Assembly: GCA_016840165.1 (NCBI GenBank) | Contig: JAEOSU010000097.1 | Location: 1-60,631 of the forward strand | Direction: 5' to 3' | DNA: 60,631 bases | Source: Promethearchaeota archaeon | GTDB taxonomy: Archaea; Asgardarchaeota; Lokiarchaeia; Sigyniarchaeales; SOKP01 | Shown: piece by piece, positions 60,383-60,631 of the stretch | How the letters are laid out: every line of letters begins with the position of its first letter | Numbering within the stretch: the first letter of the stretch is position 1 | Notes under the pieces: generated by a model | Seen by the model: the letters and a program-made list of their open reading frames with translations, nothing else | What the model was told of the DNA's origin: nothing | Database searches by the model: none | Position numbers and translations under genes: made by a program

Positions 60383-60631
60383 AATGTCATAACCCGGAGG
60401 GTAATTTTAATTTTTTACTACTATTAAGAATATTAAATTAAGGTATATATGAAATATATGCGATTTAATTCTTATATCTTTTTTTAAATTTAAATTAAAT
60501 ATACCCACATTTACGAGTATGAATCAATAAAATTATGAATATATAGAGAATCTTTATAAAGCATCTTATGAATCTAATATAAAATCATTTAATAAAATAC
60601 TAATTTAATCAAATACTAATTTGATCAAACA

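Overview
AT-rich, gene-dense chromosomal segment that looks like an Asgard archaeon, most likely Lokiarchaeia. This is inferred from gene content: Roadblock/LC7 protein, longin-like domains, five Ras-superfamily small GTPases, an archaeosortase, archaeal NDP-forming acyl-CoA synthetase alpha subunits and a TrmB-type protein. I saw no rRNA, tRNA, CRISPR array or transposase. The left and right parts carry transport and metabolic genes: five MFS/GPH transporters, CorA, a ProX-type tRNA editor, an SDR, an enoyl-CoA hydratase, a URO-D/MtaA-family protein, a fucose-isomerase-like protein, a GCS2-type ligase and a cis-prenyltransferase. The standout is a ~15 kb signalling cluster (35137-49862). It intermixes two PAS/GAF histidine kinases and a single-domain receiver with four Rag/Gtr-like GTPases, one Arf-like GTPase, a Roadblock protein and longin proteins. 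Within it, ORF 47502-48191 fuses a folliculin/SMCR8-like longin domain (GPRxL and DxxARG motifs) to a His-less copy of the kinase DHp helix pair. It is a plausible physical link between two-component signalling and Rag-type GTPase cycling. Other points of interest: a PlsY fused to a CTP-dependent lipid-kinase domain, an LRR gene split by an in-frame TAA, a radical-SAM homologue lacking its CxxxCxxC motif, two unannotated paralogous Cys4 microproteins, a probable ATT/ATA start codon and two structured intergenic elements. All family calls come from motif recognition by eye; no searches were run.
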